64,000 nucleotides of DNA from Octopus vulgaris (GCA_951406725.2 OX597815.1:71176001-71240000), one strand, 5' to 3'; positions 38,306 through 52,325 are shown, counted from the first letter of the stretch. Numbers and translations are program-made. Notes: generated from the sequence alone by a model not told the origin.

Positions 38306-39519
38306 ATAAAAGATAGAACGAATTAGAGAGAGGAGGAGTAGGAGGAGGAGGGGAGGAAGAGGTGAGAGCGGGGGCGTTACAATTTATTTGAACATGATTG
38401 GCGTAAACATTTTCCTCTTCTCGTGTACCTAAAGAGATATATGCTTACATGTATAAACAGAGAGAGAGGAGAGAGAGAGAGCAAGAGAGAGGAGAGGGAG
38501 AAAAGAGAAAGAGAAGGCGAAAGAGAGAGGCGACGAGGGGGAGAAAATGAAAGAAGCATCAAAACGAGAAAAGCATTAAGATCTTTGATGTCAAGTAAGT
38601 CGAATCAGCGACGCCAAAAGATCTCAAACCCAGAATATCTGTCTTCAATACATCCCACTAAAATAACATCGCAAAGGATAAATGCTCACATGTTTTCCCA
38701 CCGGTGGATTTTGAGTCAGCCTTGAGTAAGCAGCGCATATAACAAACGGTACCGAATAAGGTATCACAAATAGCAAGCAGATATATCACTGATGTCATTA
38801 TGAAACAGGAAAGATTTCTGAGTTACAAACAAAATAGGGAATTATAAGAATGAAATCTATCTTCATTAAAAAGTGGAATATACCAGGGAAACATTTACAT
38901 TTTTCGTTGTTTTGTTTTTTTTTTTTTTTTTGTCGTTGGTTTTAACACATTTAACCAACTTACTAAACTAGACTAGATATGAATTGCTGCAACCTAACCT
39001 TGAAGAGAGGAAATTTAATGAAAATTACCGTTGTCATCTTTAAACAGGAGACGTCAAAACAAAAAGCTAAGAGAATTAAAGCAAACGTACTCGAAATGTT
39101 TATGAATTAATAAACTGGAAAGAGTACACAACGCAACACGCGCGCGCGCACACATACACACACAAATAAACGCACGTACGCACACACATGCACACAAGAA
39201 AGTATTAGGAAGGAATATTACTGAGGCATTAGATTAATACTTTTAAAACTGAGCTAAATGTCAAAATAAGGTAATAGGTATTAATATTCACGTTCTTCCC
39301 ATAAGTTACAGTTTAATATTCTCAACTCGAACCTAAGTGAATAACCATAAGACAGGAAAACGGGAAAAAAATAAATAAATAAAAAAGAAGAAGAAGAGAA
39401 AGAGAAAAATAGTGACTACGTTTAGTATATTCTCGACACAATCTCATGCAAAATGATAATTATTAATACGCATAGCAGTAAGGATAGACCGCAGCTAAAA
39501 CAATTATAAAATATTTACT

Positions 39520-39650
39520 GTAAGGCGCATGACTGGGTCGTTAAGAAGTTCGCTTTGCAATCATGTGGTTTCGGGTTCGGTCCTACTGCGTTACACCTTA
39601 GGCAACGTGGCTTGAGAATTTGATAGACAGAAATTATGCGGAAGCACATC
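39520..39650 (-). mobile_element. SINE family A, 5' part. Strand uncertain: the head reads on the plus strand
   Basis: GGCGCATGACTGGGTCGTTAAGAAGTTCGCTTTGCAATCATGTGGTTTCGGGTTCGGTCC, a decayed family A head. Confidence 0.35.
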
Positions 39651-39729
<79 letters not shown>

Positions 39730-39736
39730 TATACAT

Positions 39737-40488
39737 ACGAGTGAGTGGACAAACGAAAGAAGGGCACTCAATCAATTTATTGGGAGTTATATGTATGGAC
39801 CAAAACAATTTGATTCAAATTCGTTGGTACTCTTGAGTTTTAGCGTGACAATAGTCGTCAATCATTTTGAATTTAAATGACAGAAGTTGAGTGTTATTAC
39901 TGAAAAGTGGGCTGCGATTGGTCGAGGAAGGTCACACGGTGTTGTGATTTGATGATGGCATATGGTCAACATTTAGTTGTAAAATACCGCATGGTGAACA
40001 GGAAAGTGACCGCATGGAGGACAGGAAATAGACCACGTGTTGATTAGAAATCGGTTAGATTGTTTAGGGGGGAAGGAGGAAGGGGCAGCATAGGCAACTA
40101 TACAGTTTTATATGTGGACGTGCAGACGCGCTCATATAGTTTTGCGTGCATGTGTATATTGATGCGAGTGTGCGCATCTGAAAATGGGCATGCACGCGGG
40201 AGAATTCTACCAAGAATTCACAAGGACCTCGAACCCACAAGAGTAAACAAGAGAGACAGAGACAGGCAGAAACAAGGAAAATGCCACTTGTATTTGAACA
40301 ATATACAAATATTCTTTTTAAAAAACTATTCTTTTAATTTTTCTAAATTTAATTATTTAATTGTTAAAGTTGAAAAGGTCTCAATGACTGAAACCGGTAC
40401 TGAAATGTTTTTTATAAAATTATTTTAGCTTTTTCTATTTTGACTTTTTTTCCATATATATATCAACTCGTGTGTTCCTTTTCATCCT

Positions 40489-40490
<2 letters not shown>
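39737..40490. mobile_element. PLE-like composite between microsatellites with two opposed hammerhead relics
   Basis: Minus ~39817-39874: uUGACGA..aAAAC-UCAAGA-GUA. Plus 40366-40403: uUGAAaA-GGUC-ucaau-GACU-GAAAC-CG-GUA. Confidence 0.5.
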
Positions 40491-40574
<84 letters not shown>

Positions 40575-40575
<1 letters not shown>

Positions 40576-40759
40576 GAAGAACTGTAATCGAGCGAATTGA
40601 CCCAGTGTTTGGGAGTTTTAAAGCCTAGCATTTAATGTATCGGTATCTTTTGCCGAACCGCTACGTTACGGGGATCTAAACACACCAACACCAGTAATCA
40701 TCAGGGGTTGGACACACACACACACACACACACAATGATATATACACAATACATATATG

Positions 40760-40817
<58 letters not shown>

Positions 40818-42029
40818 TAATAAATAAAACATATGCATATATATATACATATATGTACGTACCTACCTCTACATGTATATATACACGCATATATGAGTAC
40901 AGGACACCAAAAAAACGTCGAACACAATGAGAAACGAAAACATAGACACAAACCCAAGGAACTGGACATTTTTCTTAAACAACAAAAAAATAGAGTACAA
41001 GACAAATAACACAAGGAAAAAGCCCTTTCTTCAGTCGCCATGGTTCCATCTACTCTACGTTTCGAAGGTGAAGGCGAGACGTATCTTCAATAGAAACTTT
41101 CCTTCCTGCGAAAAGCAAATCAAATAAAATTTGAAATCTTTTTGCAGAGGGGTAAAAATGGTAACAAAAACAGGACAGTAACGACAGTACAAAATATAAG
41201 CAGTAAAAGACAGGACAAGGAAAATAACAAGACAAGAAGGGCTGTTAAGCCGAACGAAAAAAAGTATTACGAACGCTATTTCTGTGGACCGCGAAGGGGA
41301 CAAATAAAATTGCTGTTCACACCTCAAGAAGGTCAGGCGAGAAAGAAGGTGGCAAGGCTCTCGTCGCGGGTTAACGGCGGGAGGGAGGAGGAGGAGTTAG
41401 AGAAAGGGAGAGAAGAAAGGGGAATGGTTGTGAGGAAACCAGAAAGAATCAAGAATGAGAGAGAGGGAGAGAGAGAGAGTGAAGAATGAGAGAGAGGGAG
41501 AGACAGTTAAGTGGAAGAAAAGGAAATCAAAGAATGAAGGCTGAGAAAGGGAGAGGACAGAAAGGTTAAGAGTGCGCATCAAATTTAATATCAAGAACAA
41601 TCTTACTTAGAAAGGGATGCGTGCGTTCCGTCATATAATATATTAATAAATAAAACACATGCATATATATATATACATATATGTACGTACCTACCTCTAC
41701 ATGTATGGGTACAGGACACCAAAAAAATGTCGAACACAATGAGAAACGAAAACATAGACACAAACCCAAGGAACTGGACATTTTTCTTAAACAACAAAAA
41801 AATAGAGTACAACAAATAACACAAGGAAAAAAACCCTTCTTCAGTCGCCATGGTTTCATCTACTCTACGTTTCGAAGGGGAAGGCGAGACGTATATTTGA
41901 TAGAAACTTTCCTTCCTGCGAAAAGCAAATCAAATAAAATTTGAGATCTTTTTGCAGAGGGTTAAAAATGGTAACAAAAACAGGACAGTAACGACAGTAC
42001 AAAATATAAGCAGTAAAAGACAGGACAAG

Positions 42030-42074
<45 letters not shown>

Positions 42075-42240
42075 TATACGACGGTCTTCTTCCAGTTTCC
42101 GTCTACCAAATCCACTTACAAGCCTTTGGTCGGATTGAGGCTAAAGTAGAAGACACTTGCCCAAGGTGCCACGCAGTGGGAATGAACCCGGAACCATGTG
42201 GTTGGTAAGCAAGCTACTTACCACACAGCCACTCCTGCGT
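40575..42240 (-). mobile_element. SINE family A split by a 1.2-kb insertion in its microsatellite
   Basis: 3' half 40575-40720; near-consensus 5' half 42075-42240. Confidence 0.8.
40811..42030 (-). mobile_element. PLE-like non-coding element, about 1.5 tandem units of ~826 bp
   Basis: 40811-41221 is repeated at 41637-42031. Hammerhead relic CUAUUGA-AGA..UUC-GAAAC-GUA at ~41050-41095. (TA)n on both sides. Confidence 0.75.
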
Positions 42241-42248
42241 GGTAAGTA

Positions 42249-43519
42249 CGAGAGGCGTTCAATTAGTAATGCCCCTGACCCACTTGCAATTGTCTGATCT
42301 AGCTGAAATTTTGCATGTGCACTTATTTATACCTCTATAGATTAAGTGGCTAATTACAGCTCTGAACTAATTGTGGTTTCTGATTTACAGGTGTTTGAAC
42401 TGAGTCAAGTGTGAAATGGAGCCTGTTGAGTGTCGAGCAGTGATCTGGTTTTTGTATTTGAAAGGACGCACACCACGGGAGACTTTTGATGAAATGAAAG
42501 TAACTTATGGTGATGATGCCCAATCATATGACCTTGTAAAACGCTGGCATTGTGAATTCAAACATAGTCGGAACTCTGTGGAAACAGCTCCCAGATCTGG
42601 TCGCCCCCTTCTGCCATTGATGAGACGTCTGTCCGTCAAGTTGAGGCTGCCATTTTGGAAGGTCAATGCATAACTATTCGCCAAATAGCCTGTAAGGTCA
42701 AGATTAGTACCGGGTCTGTGGAAACTATCATTCATGACCATTTGCATATGCAAAAGGTGTCTGCCAGATGGATGTCCAGGTTGCTCACACCTTTCCAGAA
42801 GCAAGAACGCGTTGAGTGCTCGAGGATGAATTTGGAGATGTGCCAAGAAGATGAGTCAAAGTTTTTTTAAAAGACTGATCACACAGGATAAAACCTGGGT
42901 CCATCACTATGATCCATAGACCAAAGCCCAGTCAATGCAGTGAAAGCACCGTGACTCACCTCCTCCAAAGAAGGCAAGGGTGCAGCCCTCCGCTGACAAG
43001 GTTATGCTCACAGTCTTCTGGGACCAGGACGGAGTAGTGATGACAGATTTCCTGGCAAAGGATTACCACAATTACAGGAGCCTATTATGCTTCACTTTTG
43101 AGGAAATTAAGAGAAGCTATCAAAATCAAGAGGCGGGGCAAGATCAGCAAAGGCATCCTCCTCCTGCAGGACAACGCTCCGGTCCACAACTCGCGTGTCG
43201 CCAGATCAGAAGCACAGGCGTACAGCTATGAACTCCTCCCTTGCACCCTCTGATTTTCACCTCTTCCCAGCCATGAAGTTGATTTTGAAAGGAAAGCGTT
43301 TCCCAGAAGATGCAGCCTTGATTTCTGAAGTCACGTCGTGGTTGGAGGACCAAGCTGGGGTCTTCTACAAAAACGGTCTCCAGAGCTGTATCAAACAATG
43401 GGAGAAATGCATAACTCTGGGTAGTTCCTATGTAGGAAAAGACTAATAACTGTGCCAAGTGTCGTTGCTCTACTGCTATGGGAAGTGGGTCAGGGGCATT
43501 ACTTATTGAACGCCCCTCG
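42249..43519 (+). mobile_element. Full-length mariner (DD34D) with frameshifted transposase
   Basis: TIRs CGAG(A/G)GGCGTTCAAT(T/A)AGTAATGCCCCTGACCCACTT with TA TSDs. Motifs ECRAVIWFL, ITQDKTWVHHYDP, LQDNAPVH, LAPSDFHLF. Confidence 0.93.
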
Positions 43520-43544
43520 TATATATATGCATATATATATATGC

Positions 43545-43685
43545 AGGGTTCTTTCAGTTTCCGTCTGACAAATCCACTCCTAAAGGCTTTGGTGGCCCGA
43601 GGCTGTAGCAGAAGACACTTGCCTGGGACTGAACCAGGAACCATGTGGTTGGGAAGCAAACTCCTTGCCACACAACCACACCTAT
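43545..43685 (-). mobile_element. SINE family A, 5' half
   Basis: TTCTTTCAGTTTCCGTC..GAACCATGTGGTTGGGAAGCAA. Confidence 0.8.
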
Positions 43686-44302
43686 ATATAGGTGTGTGTG
43701 TGCGCGTATGTGTGTGTGTGTGTGTGTGTGGAAATAGATAAATAAGTAGACTGTTGTCACCATAGTAACTAACGAAACTTTCACTATATAACAATCTATT
43801 AAAAGAAGGTACGTGCATAATTAAATATTTTCTTTTCCGGCAGCGTAGCCACGAGTAAAGCCCTAGTACAATACAAAAATTAATTATTTTCTGTTTTCGA
43901 ATAAACAAATATGAAACAGTAGTTAAATTCAGGATACAATTTAACTTAAACTGGATGTGGTAATAGACAGCTGTGAGGTGGAGGAAGAGAAAAAAAATCG
44001 ATGGAAACATTTTAGTATAGAAACTATTACATGAAATAAAAATTAAGCTATAAATGAGATTAAAACCTGTCACATGAACAAGAAAAGTCTTTACATTCTG
44101 AAGATTGAGTGAAGCTGATGTTGATAAAGAAAAACTCAGATCTGGTTCAGAAATGTAAGACTGAAAGCTGAAAATGAAACGGTTGGTGCGAATGAGGTGT
44201 AAGCCAGAAGCTTTCTCGGCAGAAACTATCAGGTTTCCCATACATCATCTTGTGATGCATCTGGACACAATCAGTGATGATAATGTGCTGGTGTATCTCA
44301 GG

Positions 44303-44698
44303 CAACATGGTTATGGTATAGTATAACAACATGGTTATAGTATAGTAAAACAACAGGGTTATAGTATAGTAAAACAACAGGGTAACGCTGTTAGTAGGAG
44401 GGGCTTGGAAGGTAAAGGAAGAGGATGAAATACTGTAAATGAATAAATTAAGAGAAGTTAAAACGAAGTTAAAAGCAATTTTTTCTCTAAGACGCTTTTG
44501 AGATTTCTGAAAAAAAATTTTCTAAGCAACTTTTCATCTTTTGCAGTCTTGTTCTTAATTGCTTTTGACTTCTTTTAATTTCTCTTAACTTCTCTTAATT
44601 TATTCAATTATAGTATTCCACCCTCCTTCTTCGACTTTCTAACCTCCCCTACTAACCCTACTAACGACGTTCCCCTGTGGTCTTACTGTACTATACAA
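44303..44698. repeat. ~130-bp imperfect inverted repeat preceded by about three 24-bp tandem repeats
   Basis: 44360-44480 versus the reverse complement of 44557-44697. Tandem unit CAACA(T/G)GGTTAT(A/G)GTATAGTA(T/A)AA. Confidence 0.8.
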
Positions 44699-45732
44699 TT
44701 AGTGATATTTCCAGGATGTGATTTGGTGCTTGAAGTCTTTCAACATCAGACATCTTCAACCAGGTAACCTCGCTGGGGTTGATCAAGCTCCAGCTTGCGT
44801 ACAGTGCACACTATCCTTGGTAGCACTGTCCCTTCTAGGGTTTGCAACTCCTAATCCACAGCGATCTAGTGGCAAACTCTGCTGTCTCCACAGCCAACCT
44901 TATGGCCTTCTGCGTGCTGGCCTCTGGGATGCCAAGCATGCTGTAAGCTTTGCAGAGGGACTGACCTGCAAACTAACTACATTCCACCTGGACAAGATCA
45001 CACCTTGCTTGCCATTCATTGCTTTGGCATAATTCCGTTAACTCGGAGTATTTCCTCCTCTCACTCTCGTTTATCTTCTCGAAACAGTCTTCTCAGGGGA
45101 CGGAGAGTTCTAGAAATATGTAACGAAGCCAAAACGAGAAAGATAATAACAGAATACATATAGCTTCGGAAGAAACAACCAATCACATCGATCTCGAGCA
45201 CGCTTGTTTAAGATAAAAGAATACACACGCACATACACACATGTATAGATGTATACATATTTACACATATACACACACACAAGAATATATATCCATATGT
45301 GTCTTTGTGGTTGTGAGGATGTAAATTAGGTTATTATTTCAAGGATATTTTTCCTAATAACAACGGAACATTTATTGCTGGGGTGACACAATACAGAGAG
45401 TAAGAGAATAGAAACAAATTTATTGTAGTTGGTATTGATTATGGCTTCAAGTTTTGCCAAACGACTTGTTCAGAAGTATTGCATAAAGCATTGGATGATA
45501 TTTGAAGTTCCAGTTAATACGAACTTTACTATGTTTTTGCAATGAATTAAAATCCAGCAGGAGAGGCAAATAAGATTTAGACTTGTATGGCTACAGCCGT
45601 TTCATAATTTGCTTTCATTTACATCATCGACTTTGATTCGAAGCTATATTCACAGTGTAGACGGAATTAAATGTTATTTATCTCACACTTCTTCTGGGTG
45701 ATTTTAATTGATTATTATTATTGTTGTATAGT

Positions 45733-46145
45733 GTAACTGTATACCCCTTCCGGTAAAAAGTAGTAGGAGACAGCCATTATAAACAGACCATAGCCGGTCG
45801 TCAAGAGAGGGTTGAGAGACGAAGTGCTGCGAATCGACAGTTCTAGTCGGTGTTCTGTGGAGCTATCTGCGATAGTAAGGTAGAAGTTAGTGTACGAAGA
45901 GATACGACAGTATCCGATACGAATAGATACAACGGTATCTGATGACTAGTAACTATTGTGAATACTAGCGTAAAACAGCAACTATAAGTACAACGGTAGT
46001 CACACATGACACATTACAACAATTGTACACTCCACACTTGTCTTTCCTGGATTCAGGAAGCAGTCAAGTTAAATTGTATCCTGAATTTAAGCACTGTGTT
46101 ACCTGACAGCCGGATCTCCAGCTAGAAAGTTAACCCCGAATTACG
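45733..46145 (+). mobile_element. Possible solo LTR
   Basis: TGTAA..TTAC(G) ends, TATAAA near the 5' end, GC-richer island. TSD not matched. Confidence 0.35.
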
Positions 46146-46241
46146 TTTGATTCTTCGAATCCTTTATATATATGCACATATATGTAATATAATGTGTGTG
46201 TGTGTGTGTGTGCGCGTGTGTGCGTGCGTGCGCGTGTGTGC

Positions 46242-46309
<68 letters not shown>

Positions 46310-46925
46310 GTAGTGTGATTGAAATTTAAAATTGTATGATATATAACCAGTATATAGAACTCCTGTTTTCACTAGTCTCCATATTTAGAAAGAAAACTGG
46401 GCAGATTGTAGATAAGTTACTTAGTAATCATCTTACATCTCATTAATAAATAACCTCAGTCATAATAGGAATTACATTATCATATCATTACATTATCATA
46501 TCATCAAGGATAGTGTAACACCCATAAGTAATCTTTAACATTTATAACGGCCTCCGAAGAGTGTTAAGATATCAGTGACTTTAGTTATGGTCATTAACAC
46601 TGATATATCATCATCAAAAATCTTAAAGGTTATTCGCGAATGTTGCCCATTCAATCGTCACTAAGTGAAACCAAAGATGCCGGAGCACCTACATTGTTAG
46701 AAATAAGAGTGAAGATACTCTTAATGCTATAGGAGGAGCGCAGAATGTATATACACATGCTGAGAAGGCATTCAACCATCCCATGACCGATACGCATGCA
46801 CACACACATATGCTTATAAATACTTTATATAGTAATGCATATACACTTGTATATATACGTATATATAATACATGTGCATACACACTCACACACACACACA
46901 CACACACGTGTATATATATATATAC

Positions 46926-47009
<84 letters not shown>

Positions 47010-47022
47010 GTATGTATATATA

Positions 47023-47238
47023 CGAGGGGTTGCTGAAAAGCTCCTGGCTTTGGATAAAAGAAAATATAGGAGGATCAGTTAATTATGATTTTATTCAACA
47101 AATTCTCCTCTCAGATTCACACACTTATTGTAGCGGATCTTTAGTTTTCTAAGCTCTGTAAAAGAACTCGGAAGGTTGGGCCACCAGCCAGGCCTTACAC
47201 GATACCCTCAAAGCCAAGAGGTTTTCAGCACCCCCTCA
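47023..47238. mobile_element. mariner-derived MITE (~216 bp)
   Basis: TIRs CGAGGGGTTGCTGAAAAGCTCCTGGCTTTG / CAAAGCCAAGAGGTTTTCAGCACCCCCTCA with TA flanks. Confidence 0.85.
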
Positions 47239-47894
47239 TATATGTGTATGCGTGTGCATACATGTATATATCTTTAGATCTTTAATCTTTAAATTGTTTC
47301 AGCTCCATAGCTGCAGTCATGCTGGGGCACCACCGTTAATATATATATATATATATATATATACACGCATACATACAGACATATATATTTTTATACATAT
47401 CTACATGTGTGTATGTGGCTTGTGTGTTTGTTCAAGTTTGACAGTTGTAGATGGTTTTATACCCAGGAAATTATGGCAGCATTGTGAAACTACAAAATAT
47501 TCGCCGAAATCTCTCGGAAAATTGCAACATTATCATATTTTGGGACATGCGAATGAATATAGAATTAGAGATTAAGACAAATCGTCCAGTAAAAAATATT
47601 GTTAAATAGCACAAAGAAATGACATGTCTAATTCATTCATAAATTCCTACAGACGACTATGCATATAAAAATAGCCAAAATATTAAACATCTGGAAATAA
47701 AGATAACCAGAATGTGAAGATTAAAAGTATAAACGATTGATACCACAAATGGTGTGTTGGAAATTATATAAAGATATCCAAGCAAACGCATAACCAAAAC
47801 TATTTAGATACTTATATATAGACAATATATTGAAAAAGTAAGGACAGTTAATTAGAATAGATACATATTAGGTAAAATGGATACTTATAAGGGA

Positions 47895-47931
<37 letters not shown>

Positions 47932-48109
47932 CGTGTGTGTGTACTGTATACATACATACATATGTACATACATACATACATACATACATACATGCATACA
48001 TACATACATACATACATACATACATACATACATACATACATACATACATACATACATACTTACATACATTGGTAGAATACTTTCGTAAGACAAAGGAAAA
48101 TAGTTCTTT

Positions 48110-48450
48110 ATGATTTTGGTGCAAGGCCAGCAATTTTGAAGGAAGAAAGAAGAAAGAGGAACTCTATTACATCGACCCCAATCCTCAACTTGTACCTTAT
48201 ATTATCGATCTCGAAACGATAAAAAGCAAAGTCAACCTCGGCGGCATTTGGACTCAGTCAGAAAATAGGGCTGAAAGAAATGCTGCTAAGCATTCTGTTC
48301 AACGCTCTAACGATTCTGCCCGTATACCGCCTAAGCAGCAACAATAACAGCAACAACAACAATAACAGTGCTTGAAATTTGGGGAGAGGGGTCTAGTCGA
48401 TTACATCGACCCCAGTGCTCAATTGGTACTTATTTTATCGAATGCGAAAG
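48110..48450 (-). mobile_element. SINE family B, one copy plus a fragment
   Basis: TTACATCGACCCCA..GTAC.TTAT..TATCGA blocks twice. Confidence 0.75.
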
Positions 48451-48819
48451 TGGGTAACTTAAAAATTAAAATGTCTCTCTACAAGACCAAACTTTAGAAC
48501 TGTACACACATAGGAAATAGTCAACAAATAAATCTTGAAGAAAACCCTCTCCTCTACTAACTGGACAGCTCTCAGTCTGCACTGAAACTCCTGCCAAGCC
48601 ATCATCCGAAACGTGCAGTATATCTCTATTATATCATACAGCCTACAAGCTCTCCCCACGTTAAAACCGATCCTTGCTAAAAACATCAGTTCCAACTTTA
48701 CAGAATCCTCCTTCCATCCTCTGATGATGATGCAGTGAATATTTCCTGAGAAAAAAACTGCCATATTTTTGTCCGCTTTGTATCCAACTCTACGCTGTCT
48801 TCAATAATGTGTTGGTGTC

Positions 48820-49480
48820 GCCACCATGAAGCTGGCCCTGAATGAGGCACAAGAGACAAATTCTGACAGCCAAAGCCAAAAAGAACCACTTAACGAAGGT
48901 AAAACAAAAAAACTCCTGAACAAGCTGAGGTATCCTGTTGAACAGGAGATGATTTGGTTCTCCCAGAGGAAAAGAACTTCTGCTATGACCATGTTGCACA
49001 TCACCCAGAACAACAGGTGGCTTGCCTACAACCCATAGGATCTCCCGTGTACCATGAAAACCAAGTCCCCCAAACTGTGACGGTCCTTGAGAGTGTCTCC
49101 AGTGAAAGTGACGTCATGCTGCCCCACATCTTTGAGGACCTTGAGCTGGATTCAGATGGCTATGCGAAGCTGCTAGAGACTATGATCAAACTCTGGCTGG
49201 AGATGGTTACTACTGGAAATTCATATATCTGGCAACAGAATTCGACTCTGTGGCATACTTCCAAAGAAAGTTAGAAGTGGTTGTCGGAGAATTTCAGGCT
49301 TCCTAATTCCCCTGATTGTAATCTTATGGATTACTATGTGTTGGGTGCGATTGAAAATGGTACCAACTACTCTGCCAGCAACACCAAAGCCAAGCTGACG
49401 CTGGCCAAGATCAAGAAGGTACTCGAAGATCTTTCCAGGGACACTTTGAGGAAGAAATATACCATGTTCAAACAATAAAT
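48820..49480 (+). mobile_element. maT (DD37D)-like transposase remnant
   Basis: EEKNFC..TQNNRWLAYNP..SESDVMLPHIF..WQQNSTLWHTS..PNSPDCNLMDYYVLG. Confidence 0.8.
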
Positions 49481-50712
49481 AATACCAACCTGCCAACTAA
49501 CTAAACCCTACCACCTACTAACATTCTTTTGTGAACCCTTATATAGCAACAACAAAGTTTATAACAAAGGTTATAACACTAGATTGAACTCTGAGATTTA
49601 ACCTTCAATGCTCAAAACAAAATGTAAATATCCAAATAATACCTAAATAAAACGAACAACAACCAAACCAAGTTTCAGATCTACTGACCAACAACCTCAC
49701 TACATTCTTTTGTGACGTCTTATGTCCTGAAGCTGACACACTTAAACATACGCACCAAATTAAAAACCTCTACATGCAAGAATAAATTTTAACAATTAGC
49801 TGTTCTCCAAACCTAACCAATAAAAATTCTCCACACCGTCATACCATTACAGCCTACCATACAGCATTCACCAGATACCGAAGAAAATTTTAACTGTGTG
49901 TGTTATGTGTGTGCGTGTGTGCCTGTATGTGTGAGTGCGCGCGCGCGCGTGTACATATATGACATGACATTTCGCAAACACCTATTTTCTCTTGTGCAAA
50001 TAAATATAGGGACTTGTGCTCCGATGAATGAAAATGTAGTTATACATTTAGGTACATTATTATACCGTTTGCAATAATACTATATCTTCCATTATTCTCT
50101 ACACCTCAAGAATATAATTACTATCACATCTGCCTTATTAATTAATTCGTAATACCCTTCAGCATGAAACGTCATACTATTCTCCAATATGGCTGTCTGC
50201 TAGAACGTCTAATTCCATAAAGTAATTCTATATAACTTTACATGTCTTTAGATCAGTGAATTCATACAAAGTTATATTTAAACTGTTTTAGAACATGCTA
50301 GATTAACGTTTCAGATATTAGCAACATTAAATCAAATTCTTCATAGCTGATCTTAATACTTCTAGCTATTTAATTAATTCATTAAACAATAATGTCACAC
50401 AGAGAATACATGTATACATACATGCACACACATACACACACATACAACGCCCCGCACACACACGCAAACACATGCGCATATTTATATGCATGCGTGTATG
50501 TATGTGTTATATATGTTCAATATAGTTTATATGACAACACAATTTATTAATTGCCTTCAGGCGGATATCTTAAAACGTAACTGCTGAGATTATTAGAATT
50601 TAATTATGTATGTGTGTGAGTGCCTGTATGAGTATGTGTGTACGTGTGAGAAAATCCAATATATTTGTGCCTGCGTGTGTGGGATATATGCACACAGACA
50701 GACACATGCATA

Positions 50713-50778
<66 letters not shown>

Positions 50779-51317
50779 CACGTAGATACATAGATACTGT
50801 ATATATTATAAAGGGAGAGAGAGATAATGAAAGAGAGAGAGAGAGAGACTGACTGACAAGCAGACAAATGATATCCGAAGGGAAATATATATATACGTCC
50901 AGAACCTAATTCAAAATGCTTAAAGAAAGCGGATTCCTAATGGCGGCATAAACACACATGCACCACGACCCAACCATACCCAAACACCACACGCCCACAC
51001 ACATCCCACATTTACACGCTCACACACGCGCACGCGCGCGGATTGAAAGAGAAATGTAAATATTAACTTTAGTGGTAAATGTCAAAATCGGATTCAGGAA
51101 TTGAATCATTGCATTATAGAAGAGCTTGTAGCATGAGGTAGAGAATCCAATCTGCGCACCCAGAATATGTTCTAGTGGGAAAAATTAGAGGAGAAAGGCC
51201 ACAGGAATCTAAGAAGACTACTGCATGTGGTGCCAACCTAAGAGATTTTGTGTTTTTTTATGTTGATGTTTAGCTTCATCACTCATCGAGCCAACCTATT
51301 ATTAGAAGCATTCTATA

Positions 51318-51530
51318 ATGCGGCGAGCTGGCAGAATTGTTAGAACACCAAGCAAAGTGCGTAGCGGCGTTTCGTCCATCTTTACGTTCTGAGTTCAAAT
51401 TCTACCGAAGTTCGACTTTGCCATTCATTCTTTCAGGATCGATTAAACAAATACCAATTGAGCACTGGGATTAATTTAATCGAATTACACACTCGCCCGA
51501 AATTGCTGGCCTTGTGCCAAAATTTGAGGC
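51318..51530 (+). mobile_element. SINE family B
   Basis: GCGGCGAGCTGGCAGAATTG..GTTCTGAGTTCAAATTC..CCTTGTGCCAAAATTTGA. Confidence 0.85.
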
Positions 51531-51699
51531 CATTCGATGCATTCTGAGCTATTTCTAGCAGTTTGAGTGACTACACGGAAACATTTTTGTCAGCTCACTC
51601 CGTCACATTTGTCTCGCTAATTTGTTGGTATTCTTAAATGATATGAAAATACGCCGCTGTAACTTTGATAAAACTTATCTGCTTCTGCTGTTATTATAC

Positions 51700-52325
51700 C
51701 GACTTTTGGCGATTGCTTTAATCATTGGACAGTGGTTATACGGGGGTTACCGCCTTGAAGGTTGTAGTCGACCAAATCAACCTCAGTACTTTTGAAATGT
51801 TGTACGTATTCTATGGGACTCTTTTTACGAGACCGTTAAGTTACAGAGACGTAAGCAAATCAACAGTGGTTAGCAATCGGTGGTAAGGAACAAAATAGAG
51901 ATACTCATGCACACAATGATGACACTTATTGAGGGAGAAACATGTGTCCAAGACGGTTCCCTTGTCTTCAGACACTAAGCCAGTTAGTCCTTTTCTTTAA
52001 TGGTTTGGCAACTGGAGAATTCTTGATTCTTGAGATTATCTTTCCTTCTCGAGTGAAGCTGGTCTCTCAATTACCATTCGATAATCAAAAAGCGCATCCT
52101 CTTGAAACGGAAATAAATTCAATAAATCAAGCACACACACGCGTGCGTGCGCACTCACTACGGGATTACACATTCCTTGTATCTACCAACATTCTTGTAC
52201 AAGACAATGGTCAACCCCGGGGGCTATAGCAGAAGACACACCGCGTTCAATAGAGAGAGACCGAACCTGAAACCACGCAGTTATGAAGCGAAGTTCTTAA
52301 CCACACTACGTAGCTGCGCCTCTAC
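51700..52325 (-). mobile_element. Decayed SINE family A with ~200-bp insert in the middle tract
   Basis: 3' half ~51700-51910; 5' half ~52165-52325. Confidence 0.65.

Noticed and set aside
43144-44241. 365-aa minus-strand ORF, the longest in the window
   Set aside because: It runs across AT-rich DNA, a (CA)n tract, a SINE and the antisense strand of a mariner. Composite, with no domain motif.
48460-49890. CR1-like LINE remnants flanking the maT piece
   Set aside because: Only compositional (C/A-rich) hints, with no readable motif.
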